The position numbers and the translations under genes were made by a program. Below are positions 42,237-54,075 of a stretch of 64,000 nucleotides of DNA, piece after piece (position 1 is the stretch's first letter; each line of letters begins with the position of its first letter). The notes beneath the pieces were generated by a model. The model worked only from the letters and a program-made list of their open reading frames with translations. It was not told where the DNA came from and did no database searches. The stretch comes from Laetmonice hystrix (Eukaryota): contig OZ249444.1 of the NCBI GenBank assembly GCA_965235115.1, forward strand, positions 20,956,001 to 21,020,000, written 5' to 3'.

Positions 42237-42961
42237 TTCTCCCATACCCAGAAGTAGACTCTAGCGTTCTGAAGCTCTCCCACACCCAGGAGTCCTAGCG
42301 TTCTGAACCTCTCCCACACCCAGGAGTAGCGTTCTAAATCTCTCCCACACCCAGGAGTAGCGTTCTCAACTCACCTCTCCCACACCCAGGAGTAGCGTTC
42401 TGAATCTCTCCCACACCCAGGAGTAGCGTTCTGAATCTCTCCCACACCCAGGAGTAGCGTTCTCAACCCACCTCTCCCACACCCAGGAGTAGCGTTCTGA
42501 AGCTCTCTCACACCCAGGAGTAGCGTTCAGAACCCACCTCTCCACACCCAGGAGTAGCGTTCTGAACCCACCTCTCCCACACCCAGGAGTAACGTTCAGA
42601 ACCCACCTCTCTCACACCCAGGAGTAACGTTCAGAACCCACCTCTCTCACACCCAGGAGTAGCGTTCAGAACCCACCTCTCTCACACCCAGGAGTAGCGT
42701 TCAGAACCCACCTCTCTCACACCCAGAAGTAGCGTTCAAAACCCACCTCTCTCACACCCAGGAGTATCGTTCAGAACCCACCTCTCCCACACCCAGGAGT
42801 AGCGTTCAGAACCCACCTCTCTCACACCCAGGAGTAGCGTTCTGAACCCACCTCTCTCACACCCAGGAGTAGCGTTCTGAACCCACCTCTCCCACACCCA
42901 GGAGTAGCGTTCTGAACCCACCTCTCTTACACCCAGGAGTAACGTTCAGAACACACCTCTC
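42237..42961. repeat. Minisatellite of mixed 31- and 35-bp units (agcgttc[a/t]gaa[ccca]cctctc[t/c]cacacccaggagt), ~21 copies
   Basis: Direct reading. It explains ORFs 42736..42921 and 42857..43042. Confidence 0.97.
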
Positions 42962-43810
42962 CAGCCCTCTTGAATGAAGCCGCCTGACAATTGTACCTAA
43001 CATAATGGAGTATTGACCCACTGCACCCGTAGTATCTGCCACGTGGAATACTGTGTTCGTCGATCAAACCTGACAATAGTAGGACCTGATCCTCCATGCG
43101 AATTTCACCATTCAGTTTTTACACTGGCCGCCTGTTTGCCGTGTCTGGCATCAAAATAACACCACCGGTATAATATTATGGGGCCCGCTGCAGAATTGAA
43201 TAATGTGTTAATTTTCGGGATAGGTTGTGAATTCATGTAATTATTGGTTTAATCAACCCTAGAGGGAGGGACAGAAATCAAACACGTCAATCAACCAACC
43301 AAGGGTGCGATCTACTAAAGACCTCACTATCTTTAAATCTAGAAGTTTGAACCCTCAAATAAATCAGGGGTGGATCTAACAGGGTCAATTCGGAGTCCTT
43401 TTCCAGAACAACTAGAGGGGTTCCTGTCCATGGATCCGCTCCTGTAGTTGTGATCTCTACCATGAAGATTCAATATTGGGGTTGAATCAGTGGATCTACG
43501 GCACTACTGGACGTTTCATGTCGTTTGATAAAGGTTTGGCAAAAGGGTTCACCTTAGAAAGATACAGACCTAATTGTGAAGAAGTAGGCCTATTGACCAA
43601 CCAATCTTTAGTTACTTCCAACACAAGACATAGACTTTCACCATTCAAAGGGTGGTCATTCCTCAGAATAACAAGGACAATCTGGTTGGGAATCATTAAT
43701 CATATATTCTTACTCGGCTAATTTACGGTGTGGCGCAGGGAACATTGTCTTTTCACTAACCTATTCCTGGCCAGGCGACCGCCATACTGTCGCCTTTACG
43801 TCACGTCAAT

Positions 43811-43825
43811 GGCGCCCTCTGGTGG
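43811..43825 (-). promoter_or_regulatory. CTCF-type motif (ccaccagagggcgcc)
   Basis: Match to the metazoan CTCF core consensus. Binding is not demonstrated. Confidence 0.5.
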
Positions 43826-44620
43826 AAATTACTTGCCGCCTCAATATTCGTCCAGCCAATCAGCAGTCGGTAAATGATTAGCAGACGATATCCGGGTACG
43901 ATTGGAACGTGCTGACCCGCACCCCGGCTCCACAATCACCAGCTTCATCTGATTGCTATGTGCTATGCCATGTCACAGAGTTATTGAGTAGCAATTACTC
44001 TGTGGCCGATAGACGACTTCTTAATTGAAATAGATTCTTGAAGCAAAAGGAGTTATATAATAGATGTAGGCCTAATGGATTTTGAAAATGTGGCAGTTTT
44101 GATTACCCTGGGATATTGTATTTGCCGACGGTCATGCCCCGATGTTTGGGTATACCTAGGGTCAACTGAGGTACCAGCACTATAATTATAAACCAGGCTA
44201 CTGCAAGGTATAGATCTATAGATTGTCGTCCTTATATAGGCCAAGGCCTTGTGTGACCAATATATTTTTGTTGTTATTGGGGTTCCAGAAATCGTATGAA
44301 GAAAACTGGGAAACGTCGGCATATTATTAACATTATGATAATTGATACCAAGAGTAGATGTAATCCATGAAAGCCTGACCAGAAGTATTCCGTCATAGCA
44401 ATACAGGGGTCTGTCTTACTAATGGTTAAATGTACCTGGCCGTGAATGGTAGACCTCTGGTTAATGGGATCGTTATTAACCAGAGACTCTTCATTCATTC
44501 CTATTGACGTTAACGATATCGTAAATAACCAGACCTTAGTAAGACAGGCCTTAGGTTTGATTGCTCAATCTTAGGATATTGAGAATCAAATTGATATTCT
44601 CCCTTTTTTTCTTGTTTCAG

Positions 44621-44779
44621 GCAAAGTGTTAACGCTGGAGACGGTGAATGTTCCCATTGTTAATGGTAACGTAGAGTCGGGAGGATGCAGCTGGTCGGAA
44701 AGCACGGATGAAGACAGCCCGTACGCGTTCGTTCTTCGATTGTTCTTTACTCGAGAAGAGCCGGCAAAGGAAAATATAG
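44621..44779 (+). CDS. Gene 1 exon: (G)KVLTLETVNVPIVNGNVESGGCSWSESTDEDSPYAFVLRLFFTREEPAKENI(G)
   Basis: Strong acceptor cccttttttttcttgtttcag| and donor G|gtcagt. The 159-nt exon is phase 1/1 and carries the LETV and LRLF repeat motifs. Confidence 0.88.
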
Positions 44780-45381
44780 GTCAGTAGTTGTTGCTCAAAA
44801 ACAGGAAATATCCCTGGTCCGGATGCTGGTAACAAAGGACAATGGCGTGGCGCGTCATCCGTATAGTGAGCGCGGTGGGAAGAGTAATAGTATTCGAGAA
44901 TAGTAATTGCGGTAGATGGTCCGAACGATAGATTTTCACGAGGCCTTTCCCAGGCAAGTAGCGTTCACGAATCGGCTGAGTAATGTTCGCTGTAAAAGGA
45001 AGATGTGGGCATGCTTCTGTAGGGCAGAAATTTCATGTCAATTTACAATACTCGAAATCATCCTATTTCAAACTACTATACATAGGACGTGGCAGGCAAT
45101 CTCGCAGTAATATTGGGAAAGATACCCTTTTACTTTATGCCTAGACTCTCTATGTGCCGTTAAAGACAATTAGAACCATTCGTACCTTGGTATGACGACC
45201 AGCAATTTCTCGTCTCTATCAGGCCCTGTAATGTAACAATATGGTGTTACATGAAATACAAAGCAAAAAATATAACATCTTTGTGACCGACTGGTGAAAG
45301 CCTTGCCAACCTTGCCCAAAATGTAAAAGCGCCAATGGCACCTCTTTTCCCGTCAACACCAGCAACAAACACACATGACGT

Positions 45382-45790
45382 ACTTCCGGTACAGTCCAGT
45401 TTCACATCATTTCTCCGGAAGTAACCCGCCATTCTGGCAACCTTCAGCAGTTTCTCTTCGGTAATGTTCGGCGGATTTCCGGCGATTGAGAAACGGATTA
45501 CATCGCCGCTTGAGGGCCAGAGTTGTAACTCTCCTGCAGCTGAAAGGTGCGCCACCTGGCGAGAATAATCTTTCAAATACAGTCAATATGTCATGACAGT
45601 CAGTTATTGGAAGAGAATTAACAGACATCGCAGGGGAAATGGTCGTCCCAGCGGGTCTCTGCGCCGGAGACTGTAATCTGATTGTAGTCAGGAGTTGGGA
45701 ATGAACCCCGGCGCGTCTGGTGATGACGTCAGAGGGTGTTAGCTCCTCCGGGAAGAAAAGCGTTTCCACTCACTTCCGGGACGTCACGTG
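45382..45790. promoter_or_regulatory. CpG-rich promoter/enhancer-like patch in intron 3 of gene 1 (3 ETS sites, CRE, E-box)
   Basis: ACTTCCGG at 45382 and 45772, CCGGAAGT at 45415, TGACGTCA at 45724 and CACGTG at 45785. Confidence 0.4.
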
Positions 45791-46256
45791 ATGGCTTTAC
45801 AATGAACGCTGATCGTCACTGCACAGCTCAAGTTCTAATTCATTCATGACCCCTTGCTACTCCGTGTTTTGTCAAATCTAGCACTCATCCTTCTTCACTG
45901 GCCCTGATGATGGCATTTACCCTCAGGTACACTCGCTACATCATATGAATACATTCACACGGCACACACAGAAAGGTACCACAACACGAAACTTAGGCCT
46001 ACGTTTATCGGGTTTTTTTCAATAGCAGTAAGCGTTGAAACAGCTATAGAACATAAAGTACCTCGAATTGTACTTTACAATCCTGATCCGAATTGAAGTG
46101 TAGTCAGGTCTATAGAGGTCTGATGGGGGGAGAGACATGTGGGAATGCTGAATTATTCCCGATTGTAAACGATAGAAGAATGAAAGCTGTGCTGCTGGCT
46201 TTTTACTTTAATACTACAAACATATATTTGATTTCTGACTTCATGCTGTCTTTCAG

Positions 46257-46400
46257 GTGTAAAAGACTTCATTCCCCATCCCACCATGGCTGGATACGAA
46301 CCCTTCCCACAGCTCATAGAGAAAGCCAACACATGGCTTAAAGATCAAACCGATGTACGGGTCACAAATATGCAGTCTCTGATGGTACCTAGGGACGGCG
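46257..46400 (+). CDS. Gene 1 exon: (G)VKDFIPHPTMAGYEPFPQLIEKANTWLKDQTDVRVTNMQSLMVPRDG(G)
   Basis: Acceptor tgctgtctttcag| and donor G|gtaggt. The 144-nt exon is phase 1/1. LIEKANTWLKDQTDV is clearly homologous to LVDKANDWLRKNTDV in the first visible exon. Confidence 0.9.
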
Positions 46401-46866
46401 GTAGGTGTCGCCTTTATTCATGTATTTTATCCCCATAACTCAGATCACAGGGACCTATATAACTTGGACACAGTAGGAAATAAAGGCAGTGGCGTAGCTA
46501 AATAATTTAAATGAAAATGTACATTCTTGTCTCAATGATATTGGATATTGCCCAAAAACCTCAAGCAATCATCTAGCACCAATGCATACCTTCATGGTAT
46601 GCAGTGGTGCTAATATATGATTCCTTGGAATAATGGAATAGGCCTAAGGATTATAATAAAACTTCACAGTCTGGACTCAAACTAACAGTCATAGCCTTCC
46701 GTCCTTGTTCTTCGATCCTTTGCAAGTTGCTGTAAGGTCGGTGTATTTCCGGGTACCCTGGATCCATCCAGCAACCAAATTCGACCCCCCCCCCCCCCCC
46801 CCCCCCAATCCCTGCTCAGCTCCTATTGCGCCCCCTGACGGTTCCCGTTCTGGCGTGCTCCCACAG

Positions 46867-47130
46867 GTCCTCATTCAGAGACGGGCACGGCCTGTTTCTT
46901 TAGTCTCCCGGGCGTGCGGAACGAGCACCCGGCCGAATTCTTCCGGATCCTACGGGTGGCCTTCAGCCGACCCACGGGCGAGCTCCTCACAGAGCTACCC
47001 ATCATCTACCCCTTCACCTTCGAGTCATTCACCCCAGAGCTTATCACCCCAAAGACCGGCAAGAAGAAGGAGCGAATGGAAAAAATGAAAGAATTATTTT
47101 CTAGAATCAATAGCTTCCTTAGAGGCACAG
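46867..47130 (+). CDS. Gene 1 exon: (G)PHSETGTACFFSLPGVRNEHPAEFFRILRVAFSRPTGELLTELPIIYPFTFESFTPELITPKTGKKKERMEKMKELFSRINSFLRGT(D)
   Basis: Acceptor gtgctcccacag| and donor G|gtaggt. The 264-nt exon is phase 1/1, overlaps ORF 46914..47207 and has a strong C-ending codon bias. Confidence 0.88.
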
Positions 47131-47471
47131 GTAGGTTAAATCCTGGGCCCTTTATTCATTGTCCAAATCATTATTTATTACATAGCATCAGGATATACTC
47201 TATATAGGCCGACTATAAATCCATATCTGACCAGATTAAAAAATAGACTGAATTCATACAGAATGGGCCATGACTAATTCTAATTTCTTCTTTTACACTT
47301 ATGACTTCTCCAACTGCTTCAAATAATACGGGAGAAACTTACTGATGTCTAGGAAATATGTCTTTGTTTATGACATACTAGTTCGAACTTATAATAAAAG
47401 ATTGACATTTTATTATGATTCAATATTTCAATATTTAGATCTACATGGTCTTTACTTGTTAAATATTTCAG

Positions 47472-47580
47472 ATCTGGACATAATATGTGCGGAGACAGTG
47501 CTGAACCCCATGCAGTTGGTAGTGGACGAGACGTCCCATCGTGGCAGTGAGGAAATAATGACATGGCTAATTACGTGCAG
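47472..47580 (+). CDS. Gene 1 exon: (D)LDIICAETVLNPMQLVVDETSHRGSEEIMTWLITC(R)
   Basis: Acceptor aaatatttcag| and donor AG|gtaact. The 109-nt exon is phase 1/2, only this frame is open, and it has the CAETV motif. Confidence 0.82.
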
Positions 47581-47668
47581 GTAACTCTCTCCCCGGATTC
47601 CGGTCACATGTCGTTAATGCAGGAAACTAAATGCAGGAAAAATCACCCCAAGAAATTTGCTCTGTTTA

Positions 47669-47838
47669 GGGGCCGTTCAATAATTACGTAACGCTATTTT
47701 GGGCCAAATTTGCCCCCCCCCCCCCCCTGTAACGGTCTGCAGTGGTACTTCAGCACTGTCTGTAACGTTTGGACATAGGCCTACCCCCCCCCCCCCACAC
47801 ACACACACCCAAGCGTTACGTAATTTTTGACCGGCCCC
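47669..47838. mobile_element. PIF/Harbinger (Tourist-like) MITE, 26-bp TIRs, TTA TSD
   Basis: The ends read tta|ggggccgttcaataattacgtaacgc ... gcgttacgtaatttttgaccggcccc|tta (2 mismatches in 26). Confidence 0.9.
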
Positions 47839-47995
47839 TTATGTAGGCCTATAGAAATGTGTCATAGTAACCTATCATAAATTATTAAGCCGCCACGAGT
47901 CATGAGTTGGCTAATTCTCTTAACAACTTTAGGGCTAGACCTAAGTAACACCTATAGGCCTACGTTGTGCACCCCACCCCACCCCACCCGTACCC

Positions 47996-48021
47996 CCACC
48001 ACCACCACCACCACCACCACC
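47996..48021. repeat. (ACC)n microsatellite
   Basis: Direct reading. Confidence 0.9.
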
Positions 48022-48907
48022 CTTTCGGTAGGTCCACGTTGGCTCCCTTGGAGTTATCCGCGACAGAGAAGGCCGAGACCTAGCCTACGTGTAGGCCTAT
48101 AGGCCTATAACAACTCCATCATCCAAAGTTAGTCTACCTAGTCTCCTTTCTCCCCACCGCGTTCCGGCGTCCATGTTAGCTCATCGTGACCAGGTGACGT
48201 GACCACACCGTGACTAAACAGTTAGCCCACCAGTATTTCAAGATGACCTTAACGTTAAAGTTGCCCTGTTTCACAACGGGAAATCCTCAAAATTAAATGG
48301 CCAACGTGCGGAAGTACTTACCGTTTAGTTCAAGCATGACGTCATGGTTATATGCCATTTGTTACCCATGGCACGATGACGTCAATGGCCATCCCAGTAA
48401 TTGCCCAACATCAAAGCGGGTTCGCATCCACAAGGTACGTCTGGCTGATTGCGTGACCTCCGGGGGTAAATGCTAATCCCCCTGCGTTTAGTTTACCCCT
48501 GGCTGGGTTAATACGTCTTATTCGTTTTTTGACCCGGCCCTCCAAGCTAATAACTGTAAAGGGCCTGACCTGACCTCTGGCGACTGGCCGCCATGTTCTT
48601 TAAAACGTCCTCGTGTCACCAGAGGGCGCTCCGGTAGCAGGGGAGAAAGTCGTCATGGCTTTGAGAGTGCGTGTGTGAAGGCGAGAGTAAACAAAACGAT
48701 AAACAAGACCCATTTCTCCTTGCTCCGATCCATCGCACCTCAAAGTAGGATAGTTTTCAGGACATGACCCTAATGAGCAATGATTATTGATGAGATGTTG
48801 CTGCCTTTGAGGGCATAGCTCTTGTCGGAAGGTTGTGGCCCCAACTGTCCATGGTTCAGGGTAGGCTATGCTAGGCCTAATTAGGGCAATGAGAAGTAGG
48901 CGTAGCC

Positions 48908-49054
48908 NNNNNNNNNNNNNNNNNNNNNNNNNNNNNNNNNNNNNNNNNNNNNNNNNNNNNNNNNNNNNNNNNNNNNNNNNNNNNNNNNNNNNNNNNNNNN
49001 NNNNNNNNNNNNNNNNNNNNNNNNNNNNNNNNNNNNNNNNNNNNNNNNNNNNNN
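48908..49054. other. Assembly gap (147 N) in the last intron of gene 1
   Basis: Run of N. Confidence 0.99.
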
Positions 49055-49418
49055 ACTGGGCTTTAGGCATAATGCAAAATGCAGTAGGCCTATTTCATAT
49101 AGTTGCAAACATATGAGAGGGAAGATGCGGTAGATCGTTTTTTGGCCTGGCCAAGCCGATGTTGAACCAGTCAGTCAAAAAGTTCAATTTTTAACATTTA
49201 TTTCATAGCTTAAAGATTTACGGCTCAAAAAGCTTAACTTAAGTATGGAACAAAATGATAACCCATGATGCATCAAAGCTTAAAAGACGGTAACTTTTTG
49301 CCCAATTCCCCACATCCACTCCATAGGCATCTATAGTCCTGATAACTTAATGCTACCAAAGACCTTCTTTGATGTTACTGCATAGTCGTTTTCAGTTGTT
49401 ATTTCGTACATGTTGAAG

Positions 49419-49680
49419 GTTATACCTGACGGGCCAGATCTCGGCAGCGTCCCCTGACGGAGTTATTCGGCCCACCCCGGCCTCCAACCTCACCTCCCGC
49501 ACATCCGGGGCTTCAACCCGGCGGAAGGAGCGCAAACCGAGCAACGACCACCCGGGGCCCATATTCCTCCGCCGGGTGACAACAGGCCGACGCCCCTACA
49601 AAATGCTGGTCGCATTCATCTGTATTTTTGTCAGCATCGCTATTATTGTTGTCCTCAGTGTCGTCTACAGCAACCAATGA
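49419..49680 (+). CDS. Gene 1 terminal exon: (R)LYLTGQISAASPDGVIRPTPASNLTSRTSGASTRRKERKPSNDHPGPIFLRRVTTGRRPYKMLVAFICIFVSIAIIVVLSVVYSNQ*
   Basis: Acceptor ttatttcgtacatgttgaag| in phase 2 gives CR-LYL, matching the repeat motif. A 22-aa hydrophobic helix (49603-49668) is preceded by basic residues and followed by SNQ-stop (TGA 49678-49680). Confidence 0.75.
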
Positions 49681-52600
49681 TTGGCGGGTCGATTCCGTCT
49701 GGGATCGCCGCACCTACATCCTATCAAGTATTCGTCTTCGATCGAGTGGTCCTGTCACTATATATTACATGGATATAATATCCAGACCTCACCCACAGAA
49801 CGAGCGAGAAGGCACCCAATCAGATCCATTTGGTTCTCAAGTTCCCACCATGTGTTAAAGAAAACGGTCGTCTGCGTTAATTGGGGGATAAAAAGTTGGG
49901 GAGGAGTCGTGGCGAGTTTAATAATCGCTCACCAAGGGAACCTCCGCTGCTGAGCACTGATAGATTCGTGTACACGAGTCGAATGTCGCTGTTGACCACC
50001 ACATCCTCTCTCTCTCTCTGGGTTCTGTAGAACAATCTTAAAGTTTACTTAAAAAACAAATCTCTCAGTGCAAACAAGCACTCCTGGAAACTTTGCCTTG
50101 CCATCAACAACAGCCTTCGGCTGGCGTTCGGAAAACGGCGGAACGGAGCTGTGAGGTGTTCACCTCACGGAGTCAGACGTGTATCCTTGCGTCAGGGGAG
50201 AGTGATAGGCCTATTGCCATTTCTGAGAACAAAAATCAGTGGTGTTTGTTTCAAGAAACTAGGCGAGTGTATATGTCGGATGGAAACGGTGACAATCTCC
50301 GCCACGGAGAGAGATATACTGACGTTGTAAAGACATCTAGGACAAAAATGACTTCGATGGAGACTTAACTCCCAATTGATGCAAATTTTTCAGATTTCTG
50401 TTACTTTCATGGGGCATCTAAGAGTGACAGCTATTCCCACTCTAACGCTGTTTGTGGCGTCGGTCACTAACATAGAAGTAGCCTAGTTGATTTCTTGTTT
50501 TCAGACTTTATTCGATTTGAATAGCCACTCGATCTAATTTTATCATAGTTGGTGATTACCCGTGGTACGGGGTTTATGCAGATCACGCATCTATACATGT
50601 AACTTCATGATTTGGGACTTCAAACTCCCGTTCACATGATAGATAAGAAATCATCCTTGTTAATGTAAAATAAGATTTGAGATTATACGTAAGTGGTACT
50701 TGCTGTACTCAACGAAGAAAATGCTATACTACAATGCCATCATGACCACAATTAGAGCACCACACGCTAGGCAGCCGATCGTATGTCAGCGACTACCAAC
50801 CGGAGGCTAGATGCAATTTGAAGTTATGCCTTTCTCGCTGTTTCACGCGAGGATACAAGCTCAGATCTAAGTGAAAATGCGAGTGTATTATGTAAATAGA
50901 CATTTCCAGGGCGGTTTATATACCATGCACATGAGTGATTCTGTAAATCACGTGACCTTCTCCGTTCCTTATCTCTAAGTCGGCTTTGCATGTCATACAG
51001 GACAAATTATGCACTTTGATGGACATTTACATGTATATCGAGCACATTTTGATATTACATATATGCATGACATTTTTATTCTCTCATATATTTTTCTACC
51101 ATTTGTCCTTTGGTGAGTAAAATATGATAGGATTTAATCTTGAATATTACGCAATTTCAGAATAAAGTTTGAACATGAACATAATCATGTGACATTTCGT
51201 GTGGACACAAAGTGGATAAGACAATGTGAACATGATGTCGTTGCAAAAACAAAGCGAATACTTCATTTGACGCACATCGAATGAAGGCCTAATGTGAGTG
51301 AGTGTGCTGCTAATGTCTCCGATGACGTCATGTGTTTGGTTTGTGACGTATTATTATAGTGTGTTAACATACTGGAGTTCAACGGTCAGGTGAATGTTAA
51401 AAGGGAGTGTTATAACTGTTGGGGGAAGCCTACAGACTTAGCCTTCTGTTGTGTGAGTACTTGCTGTTTCATTGTACACTCGTTGTGATTGGCGGGTCAC
51501 ACTTCCTCTTTGGGAATGCTTCCTACAACCAGCCGCACAGCGTACCCTCACCCGGTACACTGAGGCCGCTAAGTTCAGCACGGGTCGACCAATAGGTATC
51601 AGATGTCCAGAGCATGTATCTATTGCTATATTGGATAGAGTATATATATTTACACTGCCACTGGAGAGAATTCCGCCCCTGTCGGGATTCTCCTCAGTGA
51701 TAAACCATATTTTATGTACACAAGCACACGTTTGTTGCCACCTCCGTGTACCACGGATTTTTTTAACTGCAAGGTTAATTCTCATGTCCCTGGTGCCTAA
51801 AACAGTCCTAGTCATCTTAGGGTTGACAAGGATGTGAGGCTATCAAGATCTTGTTGTAGACAACTTTCCGAGTCGGGACATTTCGGGGAATGGTCACATT
51901 GTCACTTTTCAGACCAGGGAAATCAATGGTAGCAACACGTAGACACGGCACGAGATAAAGACACCATTATATATATAGTATATATTTCTACACACACTTA
52001 GCACATAATTATGTGACATTGTATACGGCCTATGAGTATGCCGTTGTATGGTTTTAACACCAATACGGCAGTCCTCTACTGAAGGGCGGGTCTAGATCAA
52101 ATGATCGCACTGTTTGATTTTGCCACTAATCTTTCCATTTCTCCAGCTCAATTTCGGCATTCTTGGCTTCACCTTGCGTAAATGTTTGACAAGCGAATTA
52201 ATATGCAACAAATTTAACAATGGTTATTACATGTATACGTGTACATATATGATATGAAGAACTTTAGAGATTTTCTGCTTATTGGTGTGGTTTCCTTTTA
52301 ATTCAGGAATTATAATATACCAGGATGAAACTTGAACCGAGTGTTTTTTTATGTTTAATATGGTAACATTCTGGGCGATCTAGACATAGTGTCCATGGAA
52401 GTTTTCATGAATATCGTTTAAATGTGAAGCATGGCATAATGCAATCCATTGATTGAGTGAGAAACAAACACATGGGCCTCATGCACGTGACCAACAATCG
52501 TCTATATATAGACCTACACGCAAGGACCTTTGGAATTTCACTTAGCATTTGAATATAAGTTAAACTGGTCTATTTGCCCTGAAGAATACCTAATATAAAA

Positions 52601-53263
52601 GTCGAAGGTTGAAAATTGAATATGACCTATTGGAAGTCAACTGAAGGTAAGCTTGGTGTGTTAGCCAGGTGTTTAATACCACCAGGACCGGTATAGGTGT
52701 GATTACAGCTCCCTGCCTCTGTAAGGCAGTGAGCTGTTCCACCACCTCCCGTACACCTTGATCGACCTTTAGCCTTCCAACTCTTGCTGCCCAATGTTCT
52801 TTCTCTTCAAGTGTAGAATCAGATTTTGTTTCTCCCATTCATAACAATTATTCTACAATACTAATCGATTTATGTGTGCCTTGCCGACATATTCAAATGC
52901 TATATATGTGGAGCAATAGCATGACACGCACGTGAAATTGAATGCAAAAGTTTTATACATTATGCATAAATCTAATGTGTACATATAAGGAATCAAATGC
53001 TAAATGACAATTGCGAGTATACTGAAGTTCATATCAGACGCCACTTATGACTATATTATAGTAAAAAGGAATGAGTGCGGGGTCGTGTGATGTACATTAC
53101 TTTCACGCAAACAATTTCATTCTTAACTTTGAAGATAGATATAAATTCATTAAACTTCATTGAAATTTAAACACTTGAATATGTTAAGTATTTATTTCAT
53201 GCATATTGTTACAAATGAGATAGAGAGAGAGACACAGACGGAGAGTGAATGAATGGAGATATA

Positions 53264-53294
<31 letters not shown>

Positions 53295-54075
53295 AAAAAA
53301 AAGAAAAAGGTGTATTAATGAATGGAGATTCGGTAAAATGAGGCATTACTCGACCCTTTTAGCCTACTCTATACCATATTATTCATTTTTATATCCGTTT
53401 ATTGCAAACTTAAGCTCTCCAGTCTGTCCTAACCAACTTCGCAATTGGGCCGTTTCATTTAATGGGCCGGATTCTGTTGTAGCCTGACAAATACGTCCAA
53501 TTCCATATACTACTTAGACTAGAGAACTCTGGCATCACTTTGCGATTCGCACTGAGCTACTACTGTGTGGATGCATTCTGAAATGTTTGATGCCTTCTGT
53601 AGTAAAGGAAGATGAACCATCGTGTTACCGAATGTATCAGGCCTATGGAGTTTCAACGTAATACCCAAAGAGAAGCAGGTCCTTATTATGATAACGCCCT
53701 TTCAGCTCTCATGCATGGCTTTAATCTGTTCAATCGAACGGGATAATTCGGGCCAAAATAATTGTAACAGTTTACGTCGCTATATCTCCATGGTAACATC
53801 GACACGAAATTTGGTTGAAAGAACTACAAATCTATCACAAATTTCCTGGTCCCAAACCTAGCTCTAACCCCGTTCCCTACCCCCCCCCCCCCCCCCCGAC
53901 GTCCTACCTCAATCCATGAGAGCGTTACCATCTATAAGGGGGAACCTTCAGATTAATGACTGTCTTCACGACAGCGCCAATCAAATGCCAAATAGTACTG
54001 CCATGACACGGCCCAAAACCCAACCTTGAATGTCTTACCGAATTTTACTACTCTTTTATCTATTGCTGCTCGTCC

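Noticed and set aside
577-43775. Palindrome CCTGGCCAGG seen three times (577, ~27572, ~43766)
   Set aside because: There is no periodicity or shared flank, so it is compatible with chance after multiple testing.
46705-47088. 127-aa Pro/Ser-rich ORF
   Set aside because: It is an alternative frame of the real exon 46867-47130 plus a poly-C tract.
48600-49116. ORFs 48600..49070, 48868..49116 and 48881..49108
   Set aside because: They stay open only because they cross the N gap.
49628-49953. ORFs 49628..49858 and 49681..49953
   Set aside because: They are out-of-frame overlaps with the terminal exon and presumed 3' UTR of gene 1.
51438-51837. Antiparallel 125-aa and 121-aa ORFs
   Set aside because: They have no recognisable motifs or codon bias, and their length is within chance expectation for a 64-kb window.
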